Made by a program: the position numbers and the translations under genes | The notes under the pieces: generated by a model | The model's input: only the letters and a program-made list of their open reading frames with translations | What the model was told of the DNA's origin: nothing | Database searches by the model: none | Assembly (NCBI GenBank): GCA_965215505.1 | Contig: OZ244065.1 | Span: 1,248,001 to 1,312,000 of the forward strand | From: Capsulimonadaceae bacterium | Lineage (GTDB): Bacteria; Armatimonadota; Armatimonadia; Armatimonadales; Capsulimonadaceae | Length of the DNA: 64,000 nucleotides | Direction: 5' to 3' | Part shown: positions 18,764 through 28,043 of the stretch, piece after piece | Layout: every line of letters begins with the position of its first letter | Position numbering within the stretch: position 1 is the first letter of the stretch

Positions 18764-21325
18764 ATGTACTCCACTTTTTGTCCTCCGTCCCGGTCTTGTC
18801 CTCGGTCCCGGCGTTTCGCCGCGACCACCCTGTTTCTCTGGGTCCTGGCTTTTGTCGTTTGGGTCGGGGGGCTGTCGCCCGTCCGCGCTGCCGGGGCGGG
18901 GGCCTCTTCGCGTGCCGCCGGGTCGGCGTCGGCCCGGCACGGCCTCGGCACGGTCGCGGCCTGGGGCGACAACCGCTTCGGCCAGACGAGTGTGCCGGCG
19001 GGCCTGACCAACGTGGTCGCCGTCGCGGGGGGCTTCTATCACAGCCTGGCCTTGAAGAGTGACGGCACGGTCGTCGCCTGGGGCGACAACGGCGACGGCG
19101 AGGCGAGTGTGCCGGCAGGCCTTACGGGGGTGGTCGCCATCGCGGGGGGCGGCTCCCACAGCCTGGCGCTGCGAAGTAACGGCACCGTCGTCGCCTGGGG
19201 CGACAACTCTTACGGCCAGTTGAACATTCCAGCGGGCCTCTCCAACGTGGTCGCCATCGCGGCGGGCTTCTCCTACAGCCTGGCGCTCCAAAGCAACGGC
19301 ACTCTGGTGACGGGCTGGGGCGACAACTCTTACGGCCAGACAAATGTTCCGGCGGGTCTGTCCAATGCGGTCGCCGTCGCGGCGGGCTTCTATCACAGCC
19401 TGGCCTTGAAGAGTGACGGCACGGTCTCGGCCTGGGGCGACAACGTTTACGGCCAGGCGAGTGTCCCGGCAGGCCTTACGGGGGTGGTCGCCGTCGCCGG
19501 GGGCGGCTCCCACAGCCTGGCGCTGCGAAGTGACGGCACGGTCGTCGCCTGGGGCTACAACGGCGACGGCGAGACGAGTGTGCCGGCGGGCCTTAAGGGG
19601 GCGGTCGCCGTCGCGGCGGGCTTCTATCACAGCCTGGCCTTGAAGAGTGACGGCACGGTCGTCGCCTGGGGCTACAACGGCGACGGCGAGACGAGTGTGC
19701 CGGCAGGCCTTACGGGGGTGGTCGCCATCGCGGGGGGCGGCTCCCACAGCCTGGCGCTGCGAAGTAACGGCACGGTCGTGGCCTGGGGCTACAACGGTTC
19801 CGGCCAGACGAGTGTGCCGGCGGGCCTGGCCAACGTAGCCGCCATCGCGGCGGGTGGCTATCACAGCCTGGCGCTGGTACCCCCGCTGCTGGATGTGCTG
19901 ACGGCGCAGGGCGTAAACTTCACCGCCACCGCGAACACGGCCTTCACCGGACAGGTCGCCGCCTTCACCGACACCCGGACCGACACCCTGGCCGCCGCCT
20001 TCACCGCCTCCATCAGTTGGGGCGACGGCAGCACGGCCACGGCGGGCACCGTCACCGGCAGCAACGGCGCGTTCGGTGTCTCCGGCACCCACACCTACGC
20101 CGCGCCGGGGTCCTACACCGTCACGACCACGATCACCGGCCCCGGCGGCCCCGTCACCGCCGCCAGTACGGCCACGGTCATCGGAACCCCGACGGCCAAC
20201 CCGCAGTCGGTGAGCGTGCCCTTCAACACGGCCAAGCCAATCACGCTGACCGGCTCCGACCCCAACAGCCCGCCGCTGGCGCTCACCTACACCGTTACGG
20301 CTAATCCGACGCACGGGACGCTGTCGGGGACTGCCCCGAGCCTCACCTACACGCCCACGGCGGGCTACCACGGCACAGATAGCTTCACGTTCCGGGTCAA
20401 CAACGGCTTTAGCAGCAGCGCCCCGGCCACCGTCAGCCTCACCGTGGCGGCGGGAACCCCGACGGCCAACCCCCAGAGCCTCAGCGTCGCCTTCAACACC
20501 GCCAAGGCCCTCACGCTTTCGGGGTCGGACCCCGACGTGCCCGCCCTACCGCTCACCTACGCCGTCCTCACCGCCCCCGCACACGGCACGCTCTCCGGGG
20601 CCGCGCCGAACCTCACCTACACGCCGACAGCAGGCTACCAGGGTGCCGACAGCTTCACGTTCCGGGTCAGCAACGGAACCAACACCAGCAGCACGGCCAC
20701 CGTCAACATCACCGTCACGGCGGGCACCCCGACGGCCAGCGGCCAGAGCGTGAGTGTGGCCTTCAACACCGCCAAGGCCATCACCCTCACCGGCAGTGAC
20801 CCGGACGTGCCGGCTCTGCCCCTTGCCTACACAGTCGCCACCGGTCCCGCGCACGGAACGCTCACTGGGACCGCGCCCAGCCTCACCTACACGCCCGCCG
20901 CCGGCTACTACGGACCTGACAGCTTCACGTTCACGGTCAGCAACGGCACCAACGCCAGCAGCGCGGCCACCGTCAGCCTCACCATTGCCCAGGGCGCGGC
21001 CTCCGATGTGACCGCGCAGATCACCCTCACCCGCGGCGGCTTCCGCTATGTGCGCGCCACCGGCCACTACTTGCAGCCTGTCACGCTCGCCAACAACGGC
21101 GCGGCCCTGGCCGACCCGGTCTCCCTGGTCCTGGACGGCCTGGCCGGGGCCGCCCTGGTGGGCGCATCCGGCACCACCTCGGCTGCCGCGCCGTCCGGCA
21201 GCCCCTACGTCACGCTGCCCACGGGCGGCTTGGCGGCGGGGGCTTCCGTCACCGTCACGCTGGAGTTCACGGCCCAGCCTTCGGGCTACACCCTCCGCGT
21301 CCTGGCCGGGCCGGGCGCGCGCTGA
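18764..21325 (+). CDS. Secreted RCC1-repeat beta-propeller + PKD/Ig-like (Big_9-like) surface protein
   Basis: Signal peptide. Eight repeats of GTVVAWGDN..GQ.SVPAGL..VVAIAGG..HSLAL, an ISWGDG PKD-like domain, and three LTYTP.AGY.G.DSFTF Ig repeats. Confidence 0.9.
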   Translation: MYSTFCPPSRSCPRSRRFAATTLFLWVLAFVVWVGGLSPVRAAGAGASSRAAGSASARHGLGTVAAWGDNRFGQTSVPAGLTNVVAVAGGFYHSLALKSDGTVVAWGDNGDGEASVPAGLTGVVAIAGGGSHSLALRSNGTVVAWGDNSYGQLNIPAGLSNVVAIAAGFSYSLALQSNGTLVTGWGDNSYGQTNVPAGLSNAVAVAAGFYHSLALKSDGTVSAWGDNVYGQASVPAGLTGVVAVAGGGSHSLALRSDGTVVAWGYNGDGETSVPAGLKGAVAVAAGFYHSLALKSDGTVVAWGYNGDGETSVPAGLTGVVAIAGGGSHSLALRSNGTVVAWGYNGSGQTSVPAGLANVAAIAAGGYHSLALVPPLLDVLTAQGVNFTATANTAFTGQVAAFTDTRTDTLAAAFTASISWGDGSTATAGTVTGSNGAFGVSGTHTYAAPGSYTVTTTITGPGGPVTAASTATVIGTPTANPQSVSVPFNTAKPITLTGSDPNSPPLALTYTVTANPTHGTLSGTAPSLTYTPTAGYHGTDSFTFRVNNGFSSSAPATVSLTVAAGTPTANPQSLSVAFNTAKALTLSGSDPDVPALPLTYAVLTAPAHGTLSGAAPNLTYTPTAGYQGADSFTFRVSNGTNTSSTATVNITVTAGTPTASGQSVSVAFNTAKAITLTGSDPDVPALPLAYTVATGPAHGTLTGTAPSLTYTPAAGYYGPDSFTFTVSNGTNASSAATVSLTIAQGAASDVTAQITLTRGGFRYVRATGHYLQPVTLANNGAALADPVSLVLDGLAGAALVGASGTTSAAAPSGSPYVTLPTGGLAAGASVTVTLEFTAQPSGYTLRVLAGPGAR
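18947..19875 (+). repeat. About 117-bp intragenic tandem repeats (8 copies)
   Basis: Unit starts at 18947, 19064, 19181, 19298, 19418, 19535, 19652 and 19769. Confidence 0.9.
20183..20990 (+). repeat. 270-bp intragenic repeats (3 Ig-like units)
   Basis: GTPTA(N/S) units start at about 20183, 20453 and 20723. Confidence 0.85.
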
Positions 21326-21340
21326 GACAACCAAACTCGC

Positions 21341-21372
21341 TTCCCGGAGCCTCCCAATGGAGGCTCCGGGAA
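21341..21372. terminator. Perfect 14-bp stem-loop between the RCC1 and PEP-CTERM genes
   Basis: ttcccggagcctcc-caat-ggaggctccgggaa. No T-tract, so it may stabilise mRNA rather than terminate. Confidence 0.55.
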
Positions 21373-21417
21373 GTGACACGAACCACCGAAACAACGAACC
21401 ACCGAAAGGCAACGAAA

Positions 21418-22125
21418 ATGACGCTCCGCTCTTCAACGCTCGCCCTCGCCGCCTGCTTCGTGCCGGTTGCTTTCCTGCTGCTGGACACCGCCCCCGCCGG
21501 GGCCGCGCCACCCGCCGTCCAGCACGTCACCGTCACCACCACCGGCCTGACCGTAGGCAACACCTACTATACCGAGTTCACCCTCACCGACGGCTCCGGG
21601 GCGGGGGACGGCAACAGCACGGCCGCCGTCTCCAACCTCGTCTTCACCAACGGCACGGCGGGCGCGGTCCTGCCACCCACGTCCGGCAACGTCACCGGAA
21701 ATCCCGGCACGACCCTTACCCTCATGGATGGGCCTGCCGCCAGCGGCCCGCTCGCCGACTACGCCCAGGCCTTCACCGTCTTCGGCCCGACCAGCCAGTT
21801 CAGCTTCGACCTGCTCCTGAGCGCCACTTCAGTGGAGGCCGGGCCGACGCCCGATAACTTCACCTTCCAGATCCTCGGCAGCAACCAGGCCCCGCTGGCG
21901 ACAAACGGGCCGACCGGGGTGGAGTTCGTGACGGCGGACTACACGAGCACGGCGCCCACGGCGACCGGCTACCACGGCACCGGGGCACTGACGTCGGTGA
22001 GGGCGACGATCTCAGCCCCTTCCGCCGTGCCGGAGCTGCCCCCGGCGGTGACGGGGGCCATGTTCAGCCTGAGCGTGTGTGCGCTGGTCCTGCGCGCGCG
22101 CCGCCGTGCTCGCCTCGCCGGATAA
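21418..22125 (+). CDS. PEP-CTERM-like (exosortase target) surface protein
   Basis: Signal peptide, Thr/Gly-rich domain, C-terminal AVPE + TM helix + RARRRAR. Confidence 0.8.
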   Translation: MTLRSSTLALAACFVPVAFLLLDTAPAGAAPPAVQHVTVTTTGLTVGNTYYTEFTLTDGSGAGDGNSTAAVSNLVFTNGTAGAVLPPTSGNVTGNPGTTLTLMDGPAASGPLADYAQAFTVFGPTSQFSFDLLLSATSVEAGPTPDNFTFQILGSNQAPLATNGPTGVEFVTADYTSTAPTATGYHGTGALTSVRATISAPSAVPELPPAVTGAMFSLSVCALVLRARRRARLAG

Positions 22126-22149
22126 CGGGCGGCCGTGGCACTCACGGGG

Positions 22150-22190
22150 ACGGCCCGCCCCTCTTTCCGAGGGGCGGGCCGCCTTTTTGT
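22150..22190 (+). terminator. Intrinsic terminator
   Basis: cggcccgcccctc/gaggggcgggccg stem followed by ccttttt. Confidence 0.75.
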
Positions 22191-22208
22191 CTTCACCGTC
22201 GTTCCGCT

Positions 22209-24131
22209 CTACTCCTCGGCACCTTCCTCCACATAGACCCGCTTCTGGGCCTCTTCAAACGTCGTGATGCCCTGCATGATCTTGGTCCCAGCGTCCTGGC
22301 GCATGGAGGCCATGCCGCGCGCCATCGCCACGCGGCGGATCTTGTTGGAGGGGGCGCGGGCCAAGGTCAGTGACCGGATGGCGTCGTCCATGACCATCAG
22401 CTCCTGGACGCTGTAGCGGCCCTTGTAGCCCAGGCTGCCGCAGGCCTCGCAGCCCGCGCCCGCCACGAAAGTCGCCTGGTGGAACTCGGGCGAGTCGGTG
22501 TCAATGCCGAAGGCGGCGATGTCCACGTCCGAGGGCGGGGCGGGCCGCGCGCAGTGCGGGCAGACCCGGCGCACCAGCCTCTGGGCGAGGACGCCGATCA
22601 CGGTGGAGGCGACCAGGAACGGGTCTATGCCCATGTTCAGGAGCCGAGTCACCGCCCCCGCCGCGTCGTTGCAGTGGAGGGTGGAGAAGACGAGGTGGCC
22701 GGTCAGGGCCGCCCGGAAGGCGATCTCGGCCGTTTCCTGGTCGCGGATCTCGCCGATGTAGATCACGTCCGGGTCTTGCCGTAGGATGGCCCTTAACTGC
22801 CGGGCGAAGGTCAGGCCGGCCTTCTCGTTGACGTTGGACTGCCGGATGCCGTCCAGCTCGTACTCGATGGGGTCCTCGACGGTGATGATGTTGACGTCGG
22901 GGGTGTGGATCTCCTGGATGGCGGAATACAGCGTCGTCGTCTTGCCCGACCCGGTGGGGCCGGTCGCCAGGACGATGCCGTGCGGCTTGCGGATCAGGCC
23001 GTTCAGGGCCTTCAGGTTGCGCTCCGAGAACCCAAGCTGGTCCAGGTGTGGGCGGACAGAGGACTTGTCCAGGATACGCAGGACCACCGACTCGCCGTAC
23101 TGGGTCGGCAGGGACGAGACGCGCAGGTCCACGCCGCGCCCGCCGGTCTGGACGGAGATGCGTCCGTCCTGGGGCAGCCGCCGCTCGGCGATGTTCATCT
23201 CGGCCATGATCTTGAGGCGCGACGAGCAGGCCGCCTGGAACTCGCGGCGGACGCTGTCAACCAGCCGCAAAGCCCCGTCCTGCCGGAAGCGGACGTCCAG
23301 CGAGTCGCGGCGCGGCTCGAAGTGGATGTCGCTGACACCCTGCGTGATGGCGTCGGAGAGGATGCGGTTGATGAACTGGATGACGACCGGCTGGTCCACG
23401 CCCATCGACTCCAGTTTGTCGGGCTGGCCCACCGCACCGGAGATGGGGGTGAAGCCGGCCGACAAGGCACCGCCGAACACCTCGGAGGCCCGCTTGTCAG
23501 GCAGGGCGGGCGGCGGGGCCGGCACGGGGACGGACGACGACTCGCTGATGATGGCGGGCACGGCGCTCCGGCCCGCCGGGCGCGTGACTATCTCTGGGCG
23601 CGTGACGACTTGGGGCGCGGCGGGGGGCGGTGCCGAAGGGGCCGACGGGCGCGGCTCCTCGGGCCGGGCGGCGGGTCCGTACCACTGCTCGATGACTTCG
23701 CGCAGCGGCTTCTCGGTGGCGATGGCCGGGGCGAGGCGCAGGCGGTGGGTCGTGGCGATCTTGTGGGCGGCGTCCATCACGCGGGCGTTCCAGGCGGCGA
23801 CGACGACCTTCAGGGTCCCGTCCGGGGTCTTGCCGACCGGCAGCAGGAGGTACTGGTGGGCGACGGCGGCCGGGACCAGGGGCAGGACGGCCTTGTCCAC
23901 GACCACGTCGTCCATGACCACATAGGCGGCGTCCACCTGCTGCGCTCGGGCGCGGGTGATGTCCTCCTCGCCGGCCAGTTCCATCTCCACCAGGACGTGG
24001 CCGAGTGGTTTCCCCGACTGCTCCTGCCGGGCGAGCGCCTGGGCGAGCTGCGCCTCGGTCAGCAGCCCCTGTGCCACCAGTAAATGCCCGATCTCTTTCC
24101 GTTTCCCGCCCGTCGGAAGGACCACCGTCAT
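22209..24131 (-). CDS. GspE/PilB family assembly ATPase with MshEN-like N-terminus
   Basis: IGHLLVAQGLLTEAQLAQAL (MshEN-like), SDIHFEP, RLPQDG, GPTGSGKTTT, LRQDPD, GHLVFSTLH, CPHC...CEAC. Confidence 0.92.
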   Translation of the reverse strand: MTVVLPTGGKRKEIGHLLVAQGLLTEAQLAQALARQEQSGKPLGHVLVEMELAGEEDITRARAQQVDAAYVVMDDVVVDKAVLPLVPAAVAHQYLLLPVGKTPDGTLKVVVAAWNARVMDAAHKIATTHRLRLAPAIATEKPLREVIEQWYGPAARPEEPRPSAPSAPPPAAPQVVTRPEIVTRPAGRSAVPAIISESSSVPVPAPPPALPDKRASEVFGGALSAGFTPISGAVGQPDKLESMGVDQPVVIQFINRILSDAITQGVSDIHFEPRRDSLDVRFRQDGALRLVDSVRREFQAACSSRLKIMAEMNIAERRLPQDGRISVQTGGRGVDLRVSSLPTQYGESVVLRILDKSSVRPHLDQLGFSERNLKALNGLIRKPHGIVLATGPTGSGKTTTLYSAIQEIHTPDVNIITVEDPIEYELDGIRQSNVNEKAGLTFARQLRAILRQDPDVIYIGEIRDQETAEIAFRAALTGHLVFSTLHCNDAAGAVTRLLNMGIDPFLVASTVIGVLAQRLVRRVCPHCARPAPPSDVDIAAFGIDTDSPEFHQATFVAGAGCEACGSLGYKGRYSVQELMVMDDAIRSLTLARAPSNKIRRVAMARGMASMRQDAGTKIMQGITTFEEAQKRVYVEEGAEE

Positions 24132-24183
24132 GGTTGTTCGTTCTCCTGCCAAAGTTGCTGTAATCGCCGTTGTTCTCCCCGTG

Positions 24184-24211
24184 TTATCGGCAGGCCCGCC
24201 CCGTTCCGTTA
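24184..24211 (-). promoter_or_regulatory. Sigma28/FliA-like promoter for the PilB/GspE gene
   Basis: Minus strand reads TAAC-16 bp-GCCGATAA. RBS AGGAG lies downstream. Confidence 0.45.
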
Positions 24212-24239
24212 GCCCGACCGCGACCCGTAGGGTACAAAG

Positions 24240-24271
24240 AAGAGGCCCCGGCATCTGCCGGGGCCTCTTTC
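24240..24271. terminator. Intrinsic terminator
   Basis: aagaggccccggca-tc-tgccggggcctctt, downstream of the minus-strand ftsH/hypothetical genes. Confidence 0.75.
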
Positions 24272-24291
24272 AAGTGCCTGCTATCGTCCAC

Positions 24292-24678
24292 CTATCGTCC
24301 GCGTCGGGGGCGGTCTTCGTCGTCGTCCTCATCGTCGTCGTCTTCGAATCGCTCGTCGTCCATGTCATCAAGCGCGCCGGACGAGTCGGTGTAGTTAGAG
24401 ATCTCCTCGCCCCGGAAGACCGTCACCAGGAAGTCTTCGCGCTCGAAAGAGGGGAGGTAGGAGGAAACGATGTCATCATCAATCTGCGCCAGAAGCTCCT
24501 CCTCCACCGAAACGGGAAGGTCGGCTTCGAGGACGAGCGTCGCATGGACGGTGCGGCTCTCGATGGCGAAATGCAGGTCGAGCTGGCCGATGCGCCGATC
24601 TTCCTCCCAAATCAGGAAAATCTCGGAGCTTTGGGTGCGGACGAGGCGGGAAAGGCGATAGTGGTAGGTGTTGTCCAT
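24292..24678 (-). CDS. Hypothetical protein with acidic tail
   Basis: Clean ORF with host-like codon usage, directly downstream of ftsH. Confidence 0.7.
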   Translation of the reverse strand: MDNTYHYRLSRLVRTQSSEIFLIWEEDRRIGQLDLHFAIESRTVHATLVLEADLPVSVEEELLAQIDDDIVSSYLPSFEREDFLVTVFRGEEISNYTDSSGALDDMDDERFEDDDDEDDDEDRPRRGR

Positions 24679-24759
24679 GAATGGTTCGGATCGGCGGCGG
24701 GGCCGGGCGGCAAGAAAAAGGGCGGGGACAAGCCCCGCCCGAGACGATGCGAGTGACTC

Positions 24760-26715
24760 TTACGCTGGTTCGGGGCGCAGGTTCGGCAGCCGACGCGGCT
24801 TCTCCAGCGCGGGCGCGACGGGCGCATCGCCCTCACTCGGCGGGGCCTGCGGCGTGGCGGGCGGGGCCTTGACGGGAGGAGCCTTAGCCCCTTCCATCAG
24901 TGCCATGAAGTCCTCGCGCTCCAGCATTTCCTTCTCCAGCAGGACGCGCACGATCTCGTCCATCTTGGTCCGGTTCTCGGTCAGGATCTGGCGGGCGCGC
25001 TCGTAGCACTCGTCAATGATCGAGCGGACCTCCTTGTCGATCTCAACGGCGATGGTCTCGGAATAGTTGCGCTCCTCGTTCCAGTCCCGGCCCAGGAACG
25101 GGTTGCCATGCCGGGTTCCGAGTACGACCGGGCCGAGCCGGTCGCTCATGCCGTACTCACAGACCATGGAGCGGGCCGTCGCGGTCGCGCGCTCGAAGTC
25201 GTTGGACGCGCCGGTCGTGACCTCGCTGTAGACGACTTCCTCGGCGACCCGTCCGGCCAGCAGGCCGCTGATCTGGTCCATGAACTCCTGGCGCGTCACC
25301 AGGTACTTGTCCTCGACGGGGAGCTGCATGGTGTAGCCGAGGCCGCGGCCGCGCGGCAGGATCGAGATCTTGTGGACCGGGTCGGCGTTCGGCAGAAGCT
25401 CGCCGACGAGGGCGTGGCCGACCTCGTGGTAGGCGATCCGCTCGCGCGTCGTCTCGTTCATGATGCGCGATTTGCGCTGCGGGCCGGCGACGACGCGGTC
25501 AACGCTCTCGTTGAAGTCGTCCACGCCGATCTTGGTCTTGTCGTAGCGGGCGGCCAGCAGAGCGGCCTCATTGACCAAGTTCGCGAGGTCGGCCCCGGAG
25601 AAGCCCGGCGTCCGGCGCGCGAGGTTCTGGGCGTTGACGTCCTCGGCCAGCGGCTTGCCGCGCAGGTGGACGTTCAGGATGGCCTCGCGGCCCCGGACGT
25701 CCGGCTGGTCCACGGTCACTTGCCGGTCGAAGCGGCCGGGGCGGAGCAGGGCCGGGTCCAGCACGTCGGGTCGGTTGGTGGCGGCGATCATGATGACGCC
25801 CGCGTTCGGGTCGAAGCCGTCCATCTCGACCAGCAATTGGTTGAGCGTCTGCTCGCGCTCGTCGTGCCCGCCGCCCATGCCCGCGCCGCGCTGGCGGCCG
25901 ACGGCGTCAATCTCGTCAATGAAGATGAGCGACGGGCGGTTGGCCTTGGCGGTGTCGAACAGGTCGCGGACGCGGGACGCGCCGACGCCGACGAACATCT
26001 CCACGAAGTCCGAGCCGGAGATGTGGAAGAAGGGTACGCCCGCCTCGCCGGCGATGGCGCGGGCGAGCATGGTCTTCCCGCATCCGGGCGGGCCGAGCAA
26101 CAGGACGCCCTTGGGGATCTTGGCCCCGAGCGCCTGGAACTTCTTGGCGTTCTTCAGGAACTCGACGACCTCCTGAAGCTCCTGCTTGGCCTCGTCCACG
26201 CCGGCGACGTCTTCAAAGGTCACCTTGGGGACGTTGTCATTGAGGCGCTTTGCGCGGGAGCGGCCGAACGAGAGGGCCTGATTGCCGCCGCTCTGCGCCT
26301 GACGCAGGAAGAACATCCAGAAGACGAAGATCACGCCGAGCGGCAGGAGGACCGAGAGCAGCATCGCCATGACGCTGTCCGAGATGGGGGGCCGGGTGTA
26401 GCCGAACTCCGTGCCTCCGTGCGCGATGAGCAGGTCGTGCAGGTGGGCGCGGTCCGGCGGGTTCTCAGGGCCGAGGTAGACGGAGAAGGCGGTGCGGCCG
26501 CCGTTCTGGGTCAGATGACCTTGGAACGTGTCCTTGTCGAAGTTGCCATCAAGCACATTATTGTTGTTAATGGCCTGCACGAACTGCGAGTAGCTGATAT
26601 TCTTCTGGTTCTCCCCCTTGAACATCCCCTTGTTGTTCGAAACAACGAGGTACACGAGGGCGAACAGCAAGAGGACGGGAACCATTACCCGAAGGACATT
26701 GCGATTTGCGTTCAA
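24760..26715 (-). CDS. ftsH: ATP-dependent zinc metalloprotease FtsH
   Basis: Two TMs, [32 protein letters not shown] start chosen from the RBS AAGGAGG at about 26722-26730. Confidence 0.96.
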   Translation of the reverse strand: MNANRNVLRVMVPVLLLFALVYLVVSNNKGMFKGENQKNISYSQFVQAINNNNVLDGNFDKDTFQGHLTQNGGRTAFSVYLGPENPPDRAHLHDLLIAHGGTEFGYTRPPISDSVMAMLLSVLLPLGVIFVFWMFFLRQAQSGGNQALSFGRSRAKRLNDNVPKVTFEDVAGVDEAKQELQEVVEFLKNAKKFQALGAKIPKGVLLLGPPGCGKTMLARAIAGEAGVPFFHISGSDFVEMFVGVGASRVRDLFDTAKANRPSLIFIDEIDAVGRQRGAGMGGGHDEREQTLNQLLVEMDGFDPNAGVIMIAATNRPDVLDPALLRPGRFDRQVTVDQPDVRGREAILNVHLRGKPLAEDVNAQNLARRTPGFSGADLANLVNEAALLAARYDKTKIGVDDFNESVDRVVAGPQRKSRIMNETTRERIAYHEVGHALVGELLPNADPVHKISILPRGRGLGYTMQLPVEDKYLVTRQEFMDQISGLLAGRVAEEVVYSEVTTGASNDFERATATARSMVCEYGMSDRLGPVVLGTRHGNPFLGRDWNEERNYSETIAVEIDKEVRSIIDECYERARQILTENRTKMDEIVRVLLEKEMLEREDFMALMEGAKAPPVKAPPATPQAPPSEGDAPVAPALEKPRRLPNLRPEPA

Positions 26716-26782
26716 ACGAAAGCCTCCTTCCCCGCCCGGATTTTCGGTTTCCGTGGGACGCGGGAAGACTTCTAACAAATGC

Positions 26783-27079
26783 CTAGGCGTCGCCGATGAG
26801 CGGGGCCGCCGGCGAAGGGTGAGTATACCACATTATTGTCGTATCGGCAACAATGCTCATCTTCTCTACGGAAACCGCCCGGATGGCGTTCCATTTTGGT
26901 GTTCCCGTGTGGTTAGAACAAGCGGCGGGGCGGGGGCGTTCCGCACCCCCGCTGTCTGAAGTCTCGGGCCGGCGCTGTCCGCTGCCCGAGGAAGGTGTGG
27001 GGGACCGGCCGAAGAAGTAGGCGATCCCGAACAGCAGGAGGACGGGGACGATGATGCGCCTGAATCGGTTAGCTGTCAC
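26783..27079 (-). CDS. Small membrane protein or fragment resembling the FtsH N-terminal TM
   Basis: [33 protein letters not shown] compares with Fts[25 protein letters not shown]. The 3' part overlaps the ftsH promoter. Confidence 0.45.
   Translation of the reverse strand: MTANRFRRIIVPVLLLFGIAYFFGRSPTPSSGSGQRRPETSDSGGAERPRPAACSNHTGTPKWNAIRAVSVEKMSIVADTTIMWYTHPSPAAPLIGDA
26822..26850 (-). promoter_or_regulatory. Sigma70 promoter of ftsH
   Basis: TTGCCG-17 bp-TATACT with extended TG. Confidence 0.7.
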
Positions 27080-27094
27080 TCAGTATCCTTTCCC

Positions 27095-27460
27095 TCAATC
27101 GTCCGGCACGATCTCCCAGGCCTCCCCCACTCGTGCCGAGGGCACACTGTTTGCCAGCGTCCCCGCCCCGAGTTCCAGCGTGTGGAACGCGCCCGGCGCG
27201 CGTACCAGCAACCGCCCCGGTGGCGTGCCCGGCGCGAGCCGCACCGCCCGGAAACGCTCGTCCAGGAACAGCAGGTCCAGGGGGAACCGGACACCGACCG
27301 TATGCACGGACGCGACGCCGGGCAGCCAGAGGCCCTGGCCCACCGGGAGTGAGCGCCTGCCCAACACACCCCTTCCCTTCTCCCACCATCCGCCCGCCCG
27401 CGCTACGACCGCCACGGTCCGCCCGGTCGGCAGGTGAGTCAGGCGGTGGGAAGGGGTCAA
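27095..27460 (-). CDS. DUF192 domain protein
   Basis: GRGVLGR..L..GQGLWL....SVHTVGVRFPLDLLFLD...TLELGAG. TTG start overlaps the upstream TGA. Confidence 0.8.
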   Translation of the reverse strand: MTPSHRLTHLPTGRTVAVVARAGGWWEKGRGVLGRRSLPVGQGLWLPGVASVHTVGVRFPLDLLFLDERFRAVRLAPGTPPGRLLVRAPGAFHTLELGAGTLANSVPSARVGEAWEIVPDD

Positions 27461-27942
27461 AGCGCGTCGTACCCAGACTCCGCCTGGACCTGCACCGCCC
27501 CGCGCCGGTCCAGGCGGAGATGCAGGCGGTTGGGCGAGCCGCAGGCGGGGCACTCGGCCTCGCGCTCCTCGGGTCCGTTCTCCCGCAGCGCCTCGGCGCT
27601 CACCGGCACCGAGACGGCGGCCTGGCAGCAGAAGCAAACGTAGGCGGCGGTCTCGGGCGGCGGGGCGACCGCCTTGGCGGCCTGGAGGCGCTCCCAGCGG
27701 AAGTGGACGAACAGGCGGCCCCAGTTATCGCCGTCCTTCTCGACCCGGTGGTAGCGCGCCCGGACGTCGGGCTGGTCCAGGAAGCGCAGCACGGACTTCT
27801 TGAGCTGGCCGGAGCCTTTGCCGGTGATGATCTCAAGTTCCGTGGTCCGCTTCTGGGTGGCCTCGTCCATGATGCCCGCCAGGGCGGCGTCAATGGCCCG
27901 GCTGTCGTTGTAGATGGGGTGCAGATCGAGTTTGAGTTTCAT
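27457..27942 (-). CDS. Smr/MutS2 domain protein fused to a CPXCG zinc ribbon
   Basis: KLDLH...EIITGKGSGQLK...NWG Smr motif, then CFCC...ECPACGSPN. Confidence 0.8.
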   Translation of the reverse strand: MKLKLDLHPIYNDSRAIDAALAGIMDEATQKRTTELEIITGKGSGQLKKSVLRFLDQPDVRARYHRVEKDGDNWGRLFVHFRWERLQAAKAVAPPPETAAYVCFCCQAAVSVPVSAEALRENGPEEREAECPACGSPNRLHLRLDRRGAVQVQAESGYDAL

Positions 27943-28043
27943 GGCTTGAATTTCGCGGCGCTTCGCCTATTGTAGCACAAGCGTCGGCAGGGGGCAACCA
28001 TCGGGTAGAATGAGGGCGACCCCACCGCCGAAAGGATGTTTGA

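Noticed and set aside
18947-19875. Regular roughly 117-bp repeats as a CRISPR array or DGR template/variable pair
   Set aside because: They are in-frame RCC1 coding repeats. No reverse transcriptase is present and differences are not adenine-specific.
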